64,000 nucleotides of DNA, taken from the IMG/VR virus record IMGVR_UViG_3300028394_000002, positions 32,998 through 96,997 of that record, one strand, 5' to 3'. How positions within the stretch are numbered: position 1 is the stretch's first letter; each line of letters opens with the position of its first letter. This stretch comes from a virus. The position numbers and the translations under genes are program-made. Below the pieces are notes generated by a model. It saw only the letters and a list, made by a program, of their open reading frames with translations. It did not search any database and was not told the DNA's origin. This document shows, in pieces, positions 18,034 to 29,500 of this stretch.

Positions 18034-19615
18034 AGAATTTAATAACAACCCTGGGAATTTAAAAGGGTGGGACCCTAAATTACCTAAAGATAAGGGAGGG
18101 TTTGATCAATTTACAACATTAGAAAATGGTTGGAGTGCTTTAAATAGGCAAGTTAAAAAAGATGCGCTACCTGAAAGAAAGCATACTGTTGATACATTTC
18201 TTGAAAAATATGCACCAGCTTCAGATAACAATAATCATGAAGGGTATGTAAATTACTTTACAGAGAGTGTAAATCAAGCTGCTAAACAATTAGGTAAAGT
18301 TATAAATGTTAATTCAACTACACCTTTAAAAACTATAGTAGATACTATAGGAGAGAAAGAAGTAGCTAAAATTATATCTAAAAAAGAAGATGGTAAAACT
18401 TATAAAAAGTTAGAGCAAGCTAATTTCTTTGAAACTAAACCTGTAGTTAAACCGACAGTGGCTGCTAAAAGAGATTTAAGTTTTATACCAACTAAAAAAC
18501 CTACTAAAGTACCAGTAGCTAAAACACCTGTTAAAGAAGAATCAACATTACAGGCATTTGAAAAAAGTGTGATAAGCACATCTACTGCTATAGGAAATGC
18601 TGCAGAAGATGTTACACAATGGGCTAAAAGAGCAATGGTTAAACAAGGATTAGCAAATCCTGATGTAGATATAATAAAAGCTAAAAAAGTAACTTTTACT
18701 AAACCTACTACAAAAGCAACTGATGAAGTTGAAGCTCGTTTTGAATTATTAGGTGATGTTCCTGCTCAAAAAAATTCTAAAGAAGATAAATATTTTTCAT
18801 ATTATAATAAGTTTGATAGGAACAAAGGATTTAATTATGTACCTGTAAAAAATGTAGGCGCTAGTGATGTTAATACATCATATAAAAATGTTGCAGGTAT
18901 AGCTCATTTTATTTTAGATACAGATTTAGCAAGTAATACACAACATAAATATGGTAAAGGTTATGTAGATGAAAATTTAAAAGGAAATCCAATAGCAAAG
19001 GGTTCTACAGTTACAGATCCATTTGTTGTAGAAGTAACTAAAAATGAAGATAAAGTTAATATAAAGTACAAACGATTATCTGAAGTTACAGATAAATCTA
19101 AAGTTAAAACACCTTTAAGACAATTAAGATACACAGATTTAGATTGGGATGGGAAAACCGAAGTTGTATTTACTTATGATGATAAAGGAAAAAGACATAG
19201 TTCTTTTAAAAGTTCAATTAAAAGTATACCTGTAAAAGTTCCTTATGATGTTTATAATCCTATCACAAAGAAAAATGAAAAATCTACTTCTACAGATTTT
19301 ATATTTCCTAATGTAGCTAATGGTAAAGATAGTTATAATAAATTTGGTGGAGGTTCTGTAGTATTTTTAGCTAACAATAAAAAATTTGCAATAGATTTTG
19401 CAGGATCTATTAATCAAATTAAACAAACTGCTGAACAAATTATAAAACAAGAAAATATTAAACCTGAAGATTTAATTATTGCTTATCATGATTTAGGAAG
19501 TTTTTCAGCTAAACCTAAAGCCAGAAAAAATAATACTCTAAGTTTTTATCAATGGTCTGATTTTAATAACCAAGGTTATACAGGAGGAGCATTAGCAATA
19601 CCTATTAATAAATAA
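17984..19615 (+). CDS. -1 frame extension (543 aa) containing an NNNPGNL lysozyme-like virion domain; includes track ORF 18458..19615
   Basis: The -1 frame is open from 17966 to 19615 with no ATG before the track ORF; translates ...TRAEFNNNPGNLKG...FDQFTTLENGWSAL...FLEKYAPASDNNNHEGYV... Confidence 0.75.
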   Translation, partial: VETSVETKARPTGVTRAEFNNNPGNLKGWDPKLPKDKGGFDQFTTLENGWSALNRQVKKDALPERKHTVDTFLEKYAPASDNNNHEGYVNYFTESVNQAAKQLGKVINVNSTTPLKTIVDTIGEKEVAKIISKKEDGKTYKKLEQANFFETKPVVKPTVAAKRDLSFIPTKKPTKVPVAKTPVKEESTLQAFEKSVISTSTAIGNAAEDVTQWAKRAMVKQGLANPDVDIIKAKKVTFTKPTTKATDEVEARFELLGDVPAQKNSKEDKYFSYYNKFDRNKGFNYVPVKNVGASDVNTSYKNVAGIAHFILDTDLASNTQHKYGKGYVDENLKGNPIAKGSTVTDPFVVEVTKNEDKVNIKYKRLSEVTDKSKVKTPLRQLRYTDLDWDGKTEVVFTYDDKGKRHSSFKSSIKSIPVKVPYDVYNPITKKNEKSTSTDFIFPNVANGKDSYNKFGGGSVVFLANNKKFAIDFAGSINQIKQTAEQIIKQENIKPEDLIIAYHDLGSFSAKPKARKNNTLSFYQWSDFNNQGYTGGALAIPINK

Positions 19616-19620
19616 ACAAT

Positions 19621-22600
19621 ATGCCAGAAAATAATAACCCCTCATTTGATATAAATTTTTTACTAGCAAATGCGCAGAGTCAAGGAATAATAGGCTCTCC
19701 TTATAAAAATAGACAGTCGTTAATATTACCTACTGAAGAAGTTAGTCAGTATGATCAAGGGTATATGGTACCATTTGAAGGTGATCCTATGGATTCTTTT
19801 TATGAGCATAGAGCTATTAATCAGCCAGGTATTGATCAACTTGCTAATGGTGTAGTTAAAGGAGCTGGACTAGCTGTTACTACATTTGCAGATACTTTTG
19901 GAGGGACTGTATATGGAATAGGTAATATGATTGCTAAAGGTGCAGCTGGAGATATAGAATCAGGTGGAGATTTATTAAATGCTTTTGTTGACAATCCTTT
20001 TAGTAATGCTATGCAGGATTTTAATGAAGGGATGGAAAGTGCTTTTGCAAACTACAGAACTAAAGCTGAACAAGAAGGCGGATTATTAGATCAAATGTTT
20101 GATGCTGATAAAGCAGCTAACTTTTGGGGTGATATGTTTATTAAGAATCTAGGGTTTGCTGGAGGAGCTATGGCTGCTGGTATGGTTAGCGGTAATTTAT
20201 TTAGTAATTTAGGCAAAGCTTTTACTCAAAAGAAAGAAGTAGAGTTATTTAATAAAATGACTAAATCTATTGCTACTGGAGAGGCTAAAAATATAGATGA
20301 AGCTATTGCATTATTACAGCAAGCTCCTGAGTTAACTAATACAACAGCTGCTACTGTTAAAGGTATGCTTGAATCAGGCGCTAAGACTTACAGAAATTGG
20401 AATAGGGCTAATCAAATAACTTCCTCTGCTATAGCTGCAACTGGTGAAGCTAGGATAGAAGCTTTAGGTAATGGCAGACAATTCTATGATACCAACAAAA
20501 AAGCTTTAGATGAAGAATACTTTGACCCTACAACTAATAGAATTAAAGCTGGTAAGGAGCAAGAGTACGAAGAGAAGTTAAAAAGTCTTGATGAGAATGT
20601 TAAAGGATTTCAGAATGCTGAATTTCTTTGGAACTCTGTATTATTAACAGCTAGTAACTTTGCTGGGTATAGAGATATGTTTGCAAAAAACTATGCTTTA
20701 AATGCTAAGAGATTTGAAAACAGTATTAAGATGACTGCTTTAAATGAGTTAAAAGCTGGAGAGAACATAGCTACTGCTATTAAACCTAAATGGTATAGCA
20801 CTTTAGGTAAAGCTGCTATATCTTCTAATAGAGAAGGTATGGAAGAGTTTTTCCAAGGTGTAGTACAAAAGTCTGCTGAAGATTACTATTCAGGTAAATT
20901 TACAGGAGCTAAGCAAGGAGGTATTACAGATATTATTAGTAGTGTTGGCCAAGGTCTATCTAATTCTACTAATCAAGAAGGTCTTACTAATTATTTTTTA
21001 GGGGCCCTTACTGGATTAATAATGCCTGGTGCAGGACTTTACCAATCTTTTAAAGATGCTAACACTGAAAATGTAGAAGCACAAGAAAGAGCTGGTGAAA
21101 TTAATAAAGCTTTTAATGAGTACTCAGCAGAGTTAAAACAAGATCCTACTAGAACTATTATTAACTTCCAAGAGATGTTAAATAGAAGTGCTAATTTAGA
21201 TCAAGCACAACAACAAGCCTTACTAAGTAGTGATAAATATAACTATGAATCTTTAAAACATGAGAAGTTTTATAATTTAGCTAATGCTTATATCAAAGCT
21301 GGTAAATATGAAGAGCTTTCTGATATGTTAAAAGATGAAACTAAATTGTCTGCTGATGATATTAGGAATAAGTATACTATACCAGTAGACCCTAAAGATG
21401 AAACTAAAGGTAAAAAAAGTTTTTTTGATGCTAAATGGAGTGATGATGAGGTAATGACTTACATTAGAAAACAATCTAGCACTAATTTAAAAGCTGTTGA
21501 AGATTTAAAAAATGTTACTGAAGATTTAGAAGCTATGTTTGGTGAACAAATAGCTTTAGTTTCTGATGGAGATAAAACTAAACAAGTAGCTATTAAAGAT
21601 ATTTTAAATAGAAGTTTATATTTAGGTGAAACTCAGGATAAACGAATTATAGATGTTTATAATGAAGTTACTGCTACTATTATGAAGGTAACTAATAATG
21701 CTTATGTATTAGCAGATTTTAGTCAACTAAATCCAACTACTATTAAAAATTTAACCACTGAAGATTTAGATAAATTAGATGGGGCTATTGATTCTATTGC
21801 TAAATTAAATATTTCAAAAATAGAACAATTAGACTTAATAGAAAAGCTAAATGATTTAACCCAATTAATAGGGGAAAGAAAAGCAATGAACTCTGCTTGG
21901 ATTAGATTAACTAATAATAACTTTACTCAAACTTTAAATATTATAGCTAAGGCTGATAAAGAAGCTGTTGATACTAAAGCAGCTGAAGAGGCTAAACAAC
22001 TATCTGATAAAGAAAAGATTAACATAGTTAGAGAAAATTCTAAAAGAGCTGGTTGGGTAGATAAAGGAGGTAATGGAATTATTGGTAATCAATTTGTTAT
22101 GAAGGTTGCTGGTAAAAATACTGCATTTGAATTAGTGCCTATTAATATAACAGAGCTAAGAAAAGAGTTTGAAGATGAAAAAAATAAAGCGTTAGAAGGT
22201 TTAGATCCTATTACTGATAAAGAAAAGATAGCTGATATTATACAAAAGTATAATGATAAGCTACAAAGTATTATAGAGGATAGAAAGACTAAAGGATTAC
22301 TATTAAAAAATATTAAAACTGGAGAATACGTTAAAAATAAAAAAGGTGTACTACAGTTATTTAATGAGGAGTTTATAGTTAAATACTTTGATAAAATAAA
22401 TTTTGTTAATAAACAACAAACTTTAATTAATAAAGTAAAGTCTACAGCTATTAAAACTAATGCTGCTAAAATTAAAGCATTAGAAGCAGTTGCTAACACT
22501 TTAAATAAAGAGATTATAACTACTATAGAGGAAGCTAAAAAAGTATTACTTGAGCAAAATGCTTTAAAAGAAGAGTTAGCTTTTCAAAAAGAGTATTATA

Positions 22601-25600
22601 AACTTGTTGGTAATATTAAAGAGAAAGGAGCTATTAACAAATCTATAAAAGCTCTAGAACAAAGAATAGCTGAATTAGAAAAAGTTAAAGAGGATATATC
22701 TAGAGTATTTAATCAACTAGCTTCTCAAAAGAATGATTTATTATTAGTCGTTGAAGAAATGAAAGACTCTTTTAAAAAGGGCCTAGATTTTTCTTTAAAT
22801 GAGTTTTTAGAAAAGTTAGATCAAATGAACTTAGAGTCTATTGATAAGATATGGGCTAAAAAACTTTCTAAAGATTTAGAAGAGTTAGCTAATACTGATG
22901 ATATAGATTATGCTTTAAATCAACTTAGTATATTAAAAGATAATGTTACTGAACAAATTGCAGCATTAAGAAAACAAGTTGAACTATTACAAACTGCTAT
23001 AAATGAATCTGATGATTTTAAAAATTGGGTATTTGCTACTAAAATAGATGACTTACCTCAATGGTTTAAAGTTAAGTGGAAAGTTGCTGATAAATATAAT
23101 TTAACAACAGCTGAATTATTAGAAGATCCTAAAATTAGAGCTTTAGCAGATTATATATTTAAAAAGTTTGCTACTACTTATAATCTTACAATTGAAGAAG
23201 CTAGAGCTGAATTTAATAAAGATTTAGAAGAGATAAATTTAAATTTAAATTATGTAAATAGACAATCATTAGAAAATGAAGCTGTAGTTACTAAACAACA
23301 ATTAGCTGAATTAGAACAAAATTTAATTGATATTAATAATCTAATTAGATTTAATAATAATAGAAAGTTATTTGAAAATTTAAATAACGCACTACAATCT
23401 ATAAAAATAGAATATTCTACTATTCTTAATAGAGATAGAAAAGATGAAATTAGTAATTTACCTGATTCACAAAAAGCAGGTGATGAAGAATTTAATCCTA
23501 AACCTATTCATACAGAAATTGCTAGTAGAGTTTTAAATAGTAATGCTCTATCTGACCATTTATTTTATACTACTAATATGACTGTAGAGTATGAAACTAA
23601 TGCTGAAGGTAAGTTAGAAACAGTTTATGATGCAGATGGTTATCCAGTTATTAATAAAAATGAAGATTCTATAAGATGGAATAACTTCTTAGAACAAAAT
23701 ACTCCTGATATAACTAATTCTAAATATGTTTTAAGAACATATCTTTTATCTGGTGCTAAGATACCTGCTGATTTAAAAATAGATGCTTTAAAACGTATTT
23801 CTAATGGTGGAGGAATTCATGATCCAGCAAATGATATAGTTACTGTATTAGTAAATACTGCTGATGGAGAGTTTGTTAAGTCAGATGATCAAGGTGAAGT
23901 ATCTAAAACTGGTAAGTATGTGTATACATTTTTACCTAAAGCAGATACTTTAATAGATAATAAAGGTAAAAGTAAAGTTAACTTAAATGCATTAGTAAAT
24001 TTCTTTATGCGTAATGCTAGTATGGAAGTTAAAGACCCTACTAACATTCATTTAACAGATCCTACTAAGTATATTACTGTTGGAGAAAAGAAATTAACTC
24101 CTTCACAATTTAAAGAGTTAGTAACAAATTTTGCTAAAGCTAACTATAACGAGTTTATAGCAGAGTTAAAAGCTAATATGGAAGCTAATGAAACTACTTA
24201 TTTAAAAGCTCCTGGAGTTACTAATGGTATTCTTTTAACTAGAGAATCTAATAAAGATGTTGCTAAATCTCCTATGAGTTCAGTAGCTGAAGTATTAAAA
24301 AACAAAAGAGGTCTTGATTCTCAAAAACCAGAAGACTTAGAGAATATAGGTGTTTATGTAATTGATAATAGTGAGGTTTGGGAAATACCAGGTTCTGGAA
24401 TTAAAATTAAAAATGGAAAGAAAGGAGCTGTTATAGTTTATAATAAAAAAACTAAAGAGTATTTCTATGCTAACCAAAGAAAGATATCTACAGAAGATAA
24501 GAAACTTATTATATACTACTTACAACAATCTAGGACACAAACAGAAAGTAGTCTTAGTGAGAAAAAGTTAAATATTGGTAATGATGGTAAGAGTTACTAT
24601 ATAGCTGATAATATGGGTAATAATGAGAAAGTTACAGATGTACCTATATTTGGTAAAACTGGTACTTTATCATTAATGAATAATATTATATTTTGGGGAG
24701 GTTCTAAAAATCCAGGTAGTAAGAACACTATTTACTTAAAGAGTAATAAAGTATATTTCTCAAACCCTAATCAAGGTTGGGCTATTACTGCTATTGATTT
24801 AGCTAATTTAGATAACCCTAAGTATAATTTAGATTTTATGGCTTTCTTAGATACTAAAAGACATAACATATCTAAGAATATGTTTGCTACAAATAAATTT
24901 TACAAGCACCCTTATATAAATGGTAAAGGAGAATTAGCTTGGAAAACTTATCCAAATGGCTATAAAGAGTTCTTATTAAACTCTAAAGATCCAATTTTAA
25001 TTACAAATGCTGTTAGTTCTAATAGTAAATATAATGGTAATAAGATGCTATTTGCTTCTAAAAATGTTATATTAGATAGTTCTAATAATGGTAAACCTAA
25101 AATATTAAATAAACTACAAACTCAACCTGAACCTGAACCTGCTCCTAAACCAGCTTCAACTCCTGGCGCTAAACCTTCATCAGGCCCAGCTGCTGGAAAA
25201 GATGCTCCTACTGAGGTGGAATTTGATGAAAACAAAATAGTATTTGGAGGAAATCTTCCAGCAGGTTTAAGAGGTGCTAGTGCTTCTGCAACTCCTGTGC
25301 CAACAGCTAAAAATTTATTTGAAGAAGTAGTAGAAGCTCATTATGGTAGTTTTATATATCAAAGTAGTAAATTTACAGAACAAGCTGGATTAAGAGCACC
25401 TGAAATTTATGGTACTAATTTTGAAAAAGTTTTTAGAAGTATAATTAAAAACAAAGGTTTAGATTCAATTATTAGAGCTGCATTATTTAGTAGAATAGGA
25501 TTTATTTTTGAAAATAGACTTACAAATAAAACGACAGGTATTCAAGAACTAGTTGAATATATTAACAAAAGCTTTAATTTAAATATTAAAATTGATAGCA

Positions 25601-26595
25601 AAAATTACGAATCGTTAAGTAATGAGCTTGATAAATTAGATTTTAATATGATAATTAATGTAATGAGTAATGAGTCATTATCTAATGATCAAAAATTACA
25701 AAAAAGTAAAGATCTCACTTTAGATAGAAATAAGTGGCTTCAAGAAACTGTTAATATTTTAAATTCTTTACTATCTAAAATAGATTCTACTATTCCTAAA
25801 TTAGAGCCTATAAAAGCTACAAAAGAAAATACAGCAAGTATATCTAACTATAGTAATAAAGAAGTATTAGATAATTTAGTAGTTAATTTAAAAGCTAAAA
25901 ATAAAAGTAGTCATGAAAGAGTTATGACTATTCTTAATAAGTATGGCATCTCATTTGATGCTTTTATACAAAATATAGAAGATTATTATAAAGGTACTGC
26001 TGTAGTTACTACTCCTTCTAATACTATGAATGGAGAGTCTTTATTTCCTACTACATCAGAACCCGTAGTAGTACCTAGTAAAAGAGTTGAAGCAGAAAAA
26101 AAAGCTTTGCGAATTTTAAATATGTTTGCAACACCTGGTAATAAAGAAGTTGAATATCAAGGTGACGAGGGGGTGCCTGGAACTTCAGAAGATGAGGATA
26201 TTACAGGTCAAAATAATAGTACAATAGGTAAAATTATTGCTACTATAAAAAAATTACCTCCTATACCATACAATATTACATCTAGTAGTGTAGAAGAGTT
26301 TAAAGATAAGCTAACAGATGAATTAGTAGATGCTGGATTATTAAATGATATTGTTGATGTAATTTCTAATATTGATAAGTTAGTTAATGAGCAACTATCT
26401 GGTTTAAGTGAGGAAGCTCCTGAATCAGTTAAAGAAGTATCTTCTAATCAAAAAGTTAATGAAGATAAAACAGTAGATCAAGTAGCAGAAGAAATAAAAA
26501 AATGTACTGGAGTAGCATCTACTAAGAAACCAAGTGGTACTGAAACAGGTGACCTAAATAAGTTTAATGGTCAAAATAGAACTAAAAAAAAATAA
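19621..26595 (+). CDS. Giant virion cargo/ejection protein next to the virion RNAP
   Basis: 2324 aa; Gly/Ala-rich hydrophobic N-terminal helices, REGMEEFFQ motif and long coiled coil; position before the RNAP as in crAss-like phages. Confidence 0.7.
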   Translation: MPENNNPSFDINFLLANAQSQGIIGSPYKNRQSLILPTEEVSQYDQGYMVPFEGDPMDSFYEHRAINQPGIDQLANGVVKGAGLAVTTFADTFGGTVYGIGNMIAKGAAGDIESGGDLLNAFVDNPFSNAMQDFNEGMESAFANYRTKAEQEGGLLDQMFDADKAANFWGDMFIKNLGFAGGAMAAGMVSGNLFSNLGKAFTQKKEVELFNKMTKSIATGEAKNIDEAIALLQQAPELTNTTAATVKGMLESGAKTYRNWNRANQITSSAIAATGEARIEALGNGRQFYDTNKKALDEEYFDPTTNRIKAGKEQEYEEKLKSLDENVKGFQNAEFLWNSVLLTASNFAGYRDMFAKNYALNAKRFENSIKMTALNELKAGENIATAIKPKWYSTLGKAAISSNREGMEEFFQGVVQKSAEDYYSGKFTGAKQGGITDIISSVGQGLSNSTNQEGLTNYFLGALTGLIMPGAGLYQSFKDANTENVEAQERAGEINKAFNEYSAELKQDPTRTIINFQEMLNRSANLDQAQQQALLSSDKYNYESLKHEKFYNLANAYIKAGKYEELSDMLKDETKLSADDIRNKYTIPVDPKDETKGKKSFFDAKWSDDEVMTYIRKQSSTNLKAVEDLKNVTEDLEAMFGEQIALVSDGDKTKQVAIKDILNRSLYLGETQDKRIIDVYNEVTATIMKVTNNAYVLADFSQLNPTTIKNLTTEDLDKLDGAIDSIAKLNISKIEQLDLIEKLNDLTQLIGERKAMNSAWIRLTNNNFTQTLNIIAKADKEAVDTKAAEEAKQLSDKEKINIVRENSKRAGWVDKGGNGIIGNQFVMKVAGKNTAFELVPINITELRKEFEDEKNKALEGLDPITDKEKIADIIQKYNDKLQSIIEDRKTKGLLLKNIKTGEYVKNKKGVLQLFNEEFIVKYFDKINFVNKQQTLINKVKSTAIKTNAAKIKALEAVANTLNKEIITTIEEAKKVLLEQNALKEELAFQKEYYKLVGNIKEKGAINKSIKALEQRIAELEKVKEDISRVFNQLASQKNDLLLVVEEMKDSFKKGLDFSLNEFLEKLDQMNLESIDKIWAKKLSKDLEELANTDDIDYALNQLSILKDNVTEQIAALRKQVELLQTAINESDDFKNWVFATKIDDLPQWFKVKWKVADKYNLTTAELLEDPKIRALADYIFKKFATTYNLTIEEARAEFNKDLEEINLNLNYVNRQSLENEAVVTKQQLAELEQNLIDINNLIRFNNNRKLFENLNNALQSIKIEYSTILNRDRKDEISNLPDSQKAGDEEFNPKPIHTEIASRVLNSNALSDHLFYTTNMTVEYETNAEGKLETVYDADGYPVINKNEDSIRWNNFLEQNTPDITNSKYVLRTYLLSGAKIPADLKIDALKRISNGGGIHDPANDIVTVLVNTADGEFVKSDDQGEVSKTGKYVYTFLPKADTLIDNKGKSKVNLNALVNFFMRNASMEVKDPTNIHLTDPTKYITVGEKKLTPSQFKELVTNFAKANYNEFIAELKANMEANETTYLKAPGVTNGILLTRESNKDVAKSPMSSVAEVLKNKRGLDSQKPEDLENIGVYVIDNSEVWEIPGSGIKIKNGKKGAVIVYNKKTKEYFYANQRKISTEDKKLIIYYLQQSRTQTESSLSEKKLNIGNDGKSYYIADNMGNNEKVTDVPIFGKTGTLSLMNNIIFWGGSKNPGSKNTIYLKSNKVYFSNPNQGWAITAIDLANLDNPKYNLDFMAFLDTKRHNISKNMFATNKFYKHPYINGKGELAWKTYPNGYKEFLLNSKDPILITNAVSSNSKYNGNKMLFASKNVILDSSNNGKPKILNKLQTQPEPEPAPKPASTPGAKPSSGPAAGKDAPTEVEFDENKIVFGGNLPAGLRGASASATPVPTAKNLFEEVVEAHYGSFIYQSSKFTEQAGLRAPEIYGTNFEKVFRSIIKNKGLDSIIRAALFSRIGFIFENRLTNKTTGIQELVEYINKSFNLNIKIDSKNYESLSNELDKLDFNMIINVMSNESLSNDQKLQKSKDLTLDRNKWLQETVNILNSLLSKIDSTIPKLEPIKATKENTASISNYSNKEVLDNLVVNLKAKNKSSHERVMTILNKYGISFDAFIQNIEDYYKGTAVVTTPSNTMNGESLFPTTSEPVVVPSKRVEAEKKALRILNMFATPGNKEVEYQGDEGVPGTSEDEDITGQNNSTIGKIIATIKKLPPIPYNITSSSVEEFKDKLTDELVDAGLLNDIVDVISNIDKLVNEQLSGLSEEAPESVKEVSSNQKVNEDKTVDQVAEEIKKCTGVASTKKPSGTETGDLNKFNGQNRTKKK

Positions 26596-26598
26596 CGA

Positions 26599-29500
26599 AT
26601 GGCTAAAAGTTGTCCTAATCCAAAACACCCAGATTTTAAAGCATTAGTAAGTCAATATGGCGAACTTAATGCTTATAAACTTTACTATAAGAATAATAGT
26701 AAAATACCAACTACTCAAGAAGTTAAAGAGATAAAACGTCTAGACCCTAAGGTTATGACTAAGTTTATCTTTGAAGGTGTTGAGTTATCTACAAATGAAC
26801 AGTCTGAATTATTTGAAGGTTTAAAGTATTACTTTATAAAGAATTTAGTAAATAATTTAAGTAGTCTAGATGATTTTAGTAATCTATTAGATGATACTTT
26901 ATCTACTTCTAAATTCCAACAAGTTTATCAAGAAGCTTTATTAGATATGGTTAGTATGTTTGATGGTACTAATCCTAGACATATGGAAATAGCTTCTGCT
27001 ATCTCTCGTGACTTTCCTACTAGTTTTCTAGCAGACTACTTTAAATTTACCTATCCTGAAGATAGTGATCATGCTAATCTTATTTTAAATACATTTAAAG
27101 TAAAGATAGCTAACCTATTTAAATTTAAAGAAGGTGATGAAGATACTTCATTTGAATTGCAAAGTTCTATTGAAGAAGTTAGAGATAATTGGAATACTGA
27201 ATCTTTAGAGCAGAATAGAAAAGATAGTTTTTCTAGGGCCATTAAGTTACTTATATCAGGTATACCTAAGTTAAGTAAGCAAAATTTAGTAGACAATCCT
27301 ACAGGATACTCTGTAGATGATTATAATAATGCTATTTTAAGTGATAACTTAAATTTAGAATCTCCTATTGCCCAAAGTGAAGCTAATGACTTACTAATGA
27401 ATGTATTTGTTAATCAGCCTGCTGATATAAATGCTTTTATGAGAGTTATTAAAAATGAGAGAAAAACTAATCCTACTATTGAATGGTTACATCAAAAAGT
27501 ATTTTATCCTGAACAATTTATATTTGATGATAAAGGTAATGTACTATCTTTAAAAGATAATAATGAATCTAATTTACCAAGAATATCTTTAATAAATAAA
27601 TTTATATCTTCTTTTTCTAACACTAAATACGAATTTATTAACCAAGTTATTAATGGCGATGAGATAAAATCTCAAAATGCTGATACTAATAACATGCAAA
27701 ATAGAATGTTAAAAGAGTGGAGTGGGCAATTAGATATTGCTTTTACTGAAAATAAATCTAAAATAATTAACACTCTTAATGATAAGTATTCTAGCGAAGA
27801 AGAGATTTTAAAAGCTATAGGCTTTCCTTTAGCTTCTAAAGGTGTTATAACATCTAAAAAGAAAATAAAGGTCTTAGCAGGCTCTAAAACATTCTTTGAA
27901 GTTTATGCTGCTTTTCTAGGAGAATTTAAAACCTTTATAAAGAATGGTGGAAATCCTATAGATATATTCCAACAAGTAGGTAAAGAGCCTTCTACAATTA
28001 ATGTTCTAGCTACGGCTATGATAGAATTTAATGCTCCTTATAGAAATGATTATGATAATCAGCTTGCTAATGTTAGTGGTAATAACGTATCTAGTATTAA
28101 TTTAAATACTTATCAAACTTTAGTAATTAATAACTTAAATAGAGTTGTTGACTTAGTTAGAGATGAGTTAGGATATGATGGAGTAGATGCAGATACATTT
28201 AAAGATGTATATTTAAAACGATTAAATGAAATATACCCTGAGATACTTAATAGTTGGAGTTATGATAGTATTTGGTTAAATAAATATCTAGCTAAAGGTA
28301 CTAAAATAACAATGAGTTTAATTGCTGGTACTACTGCAGATAATGATGGGTTACCTACAAGTAAACTAGTAGAAAGTGATTTATGGAGTAGTTTTTTAAA
28401 TAATACTTTAGAGAATAACTTTCCTGCTATTAAACACGCTGATAGAAGTATGTTTCCTTCTTATAGTTTTGGGTATGGGGTAACTGATATATTTAGTGAT
28501 ATTGCTAGTAATTATACACCTACAAGCAATTGGAGAAGTATATTTAAAGGTTACTTACATGATTACTTTGTAAGTGAGTTAAAACGTGTTAGAAAAACTA
28601 GAGGTGATTATAAAGCTTATATAGAAAACTACGATACATTAGGACAAGAGTTTTTAGTATTTAATGGTATACTTGACACCTTTAAAAAAGATGCTAGCCA
28701 TCAAGCTAGATTAGAAGCTTTAATTAATTCAGATGAATTAGATTTTACTGGGAATAATTTTGTAAATAAACAAATGGATTCTTGGATAAATGATTACTTC
28801 GCTAAAACTAAAGCTGAATCTAGATTAGCTGGTATAAATGAATTAACTCCTGGAGCAGGCTTAAATAAAAATGTAATTAGTAATTTAACAGAATCTTTTA
28901 AATCTAAACCTGATACCTTTGAATTTTATGATGAAGCTATTGAGTTAGCCGCTGCTAAATTCTTTGTAGGAGCTGTAGAACAATCTAAGTTATTTTTAGG
29001 TGACCCTGCTTTTTATAAAATTAAAGGGTTTACTAATAACTTAAATAATGCTAGACAAGTAACTGCTGAAGAATCTATTTTAATATATGACTTTGTTAAG
29101 AGGGCTAATATGCAATCATCTACTAAGCAAGTTATGATAGTAGATAATGTAACTAATAGTTACTTAGAGAGCCTATTTAACAGTCCTAACTATAAGATAA
29201 AATTAAAAGATGGTGAAGAGTTTTTTTACAGAAAAAAATTTGATGGTACTTTAACTGAATTAGTTATTGACGATCCTAGAGTTGTAGCTCACATTAGAGA
29301 AGAACTAGCAAAGATATATCAAAATGATTTAGAATCTTTTGAAGCTTACTTTCCTAAAGGAGGGTTTGAAGAAACAGATGGTTATTCTTTAGGTAATATA
29401 TTCTTTGCTGCTGAAAGTATTTTTAGAACTGAAGGTATTAGCAGTAGTAGACTAGAAGTAGTTAAAAAAGAGTTAAAAGCTTTATCTGCTAATTCTCAAG

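Noticed and set aside
18458-19615. Track ORF treated as an independent gene starting at GTG
   Set aside because: The frame is open for about 490 nt further upstream and encodes a recognisable motif, so it is better explained as a frameshift extension
25120-25300. Pro/Ala-rich low-complexity stretch (QPEPEPAPKPASTP), with a similar one at ~14290-14420
   Set aside because: Ordinary flexible linkers with no ordered DNA repeat array
26581-26601. A9 run and in-frame TAA-CGA-ATG between the 2324-aa gene and the RNAP (possible read-through or frameshift fusion)
   Set aside because: Both shifted frames stop quickly, TAA is rarely read through, no stimulatory structure was seen, and the RNAP has its own ATG and N-terminal module
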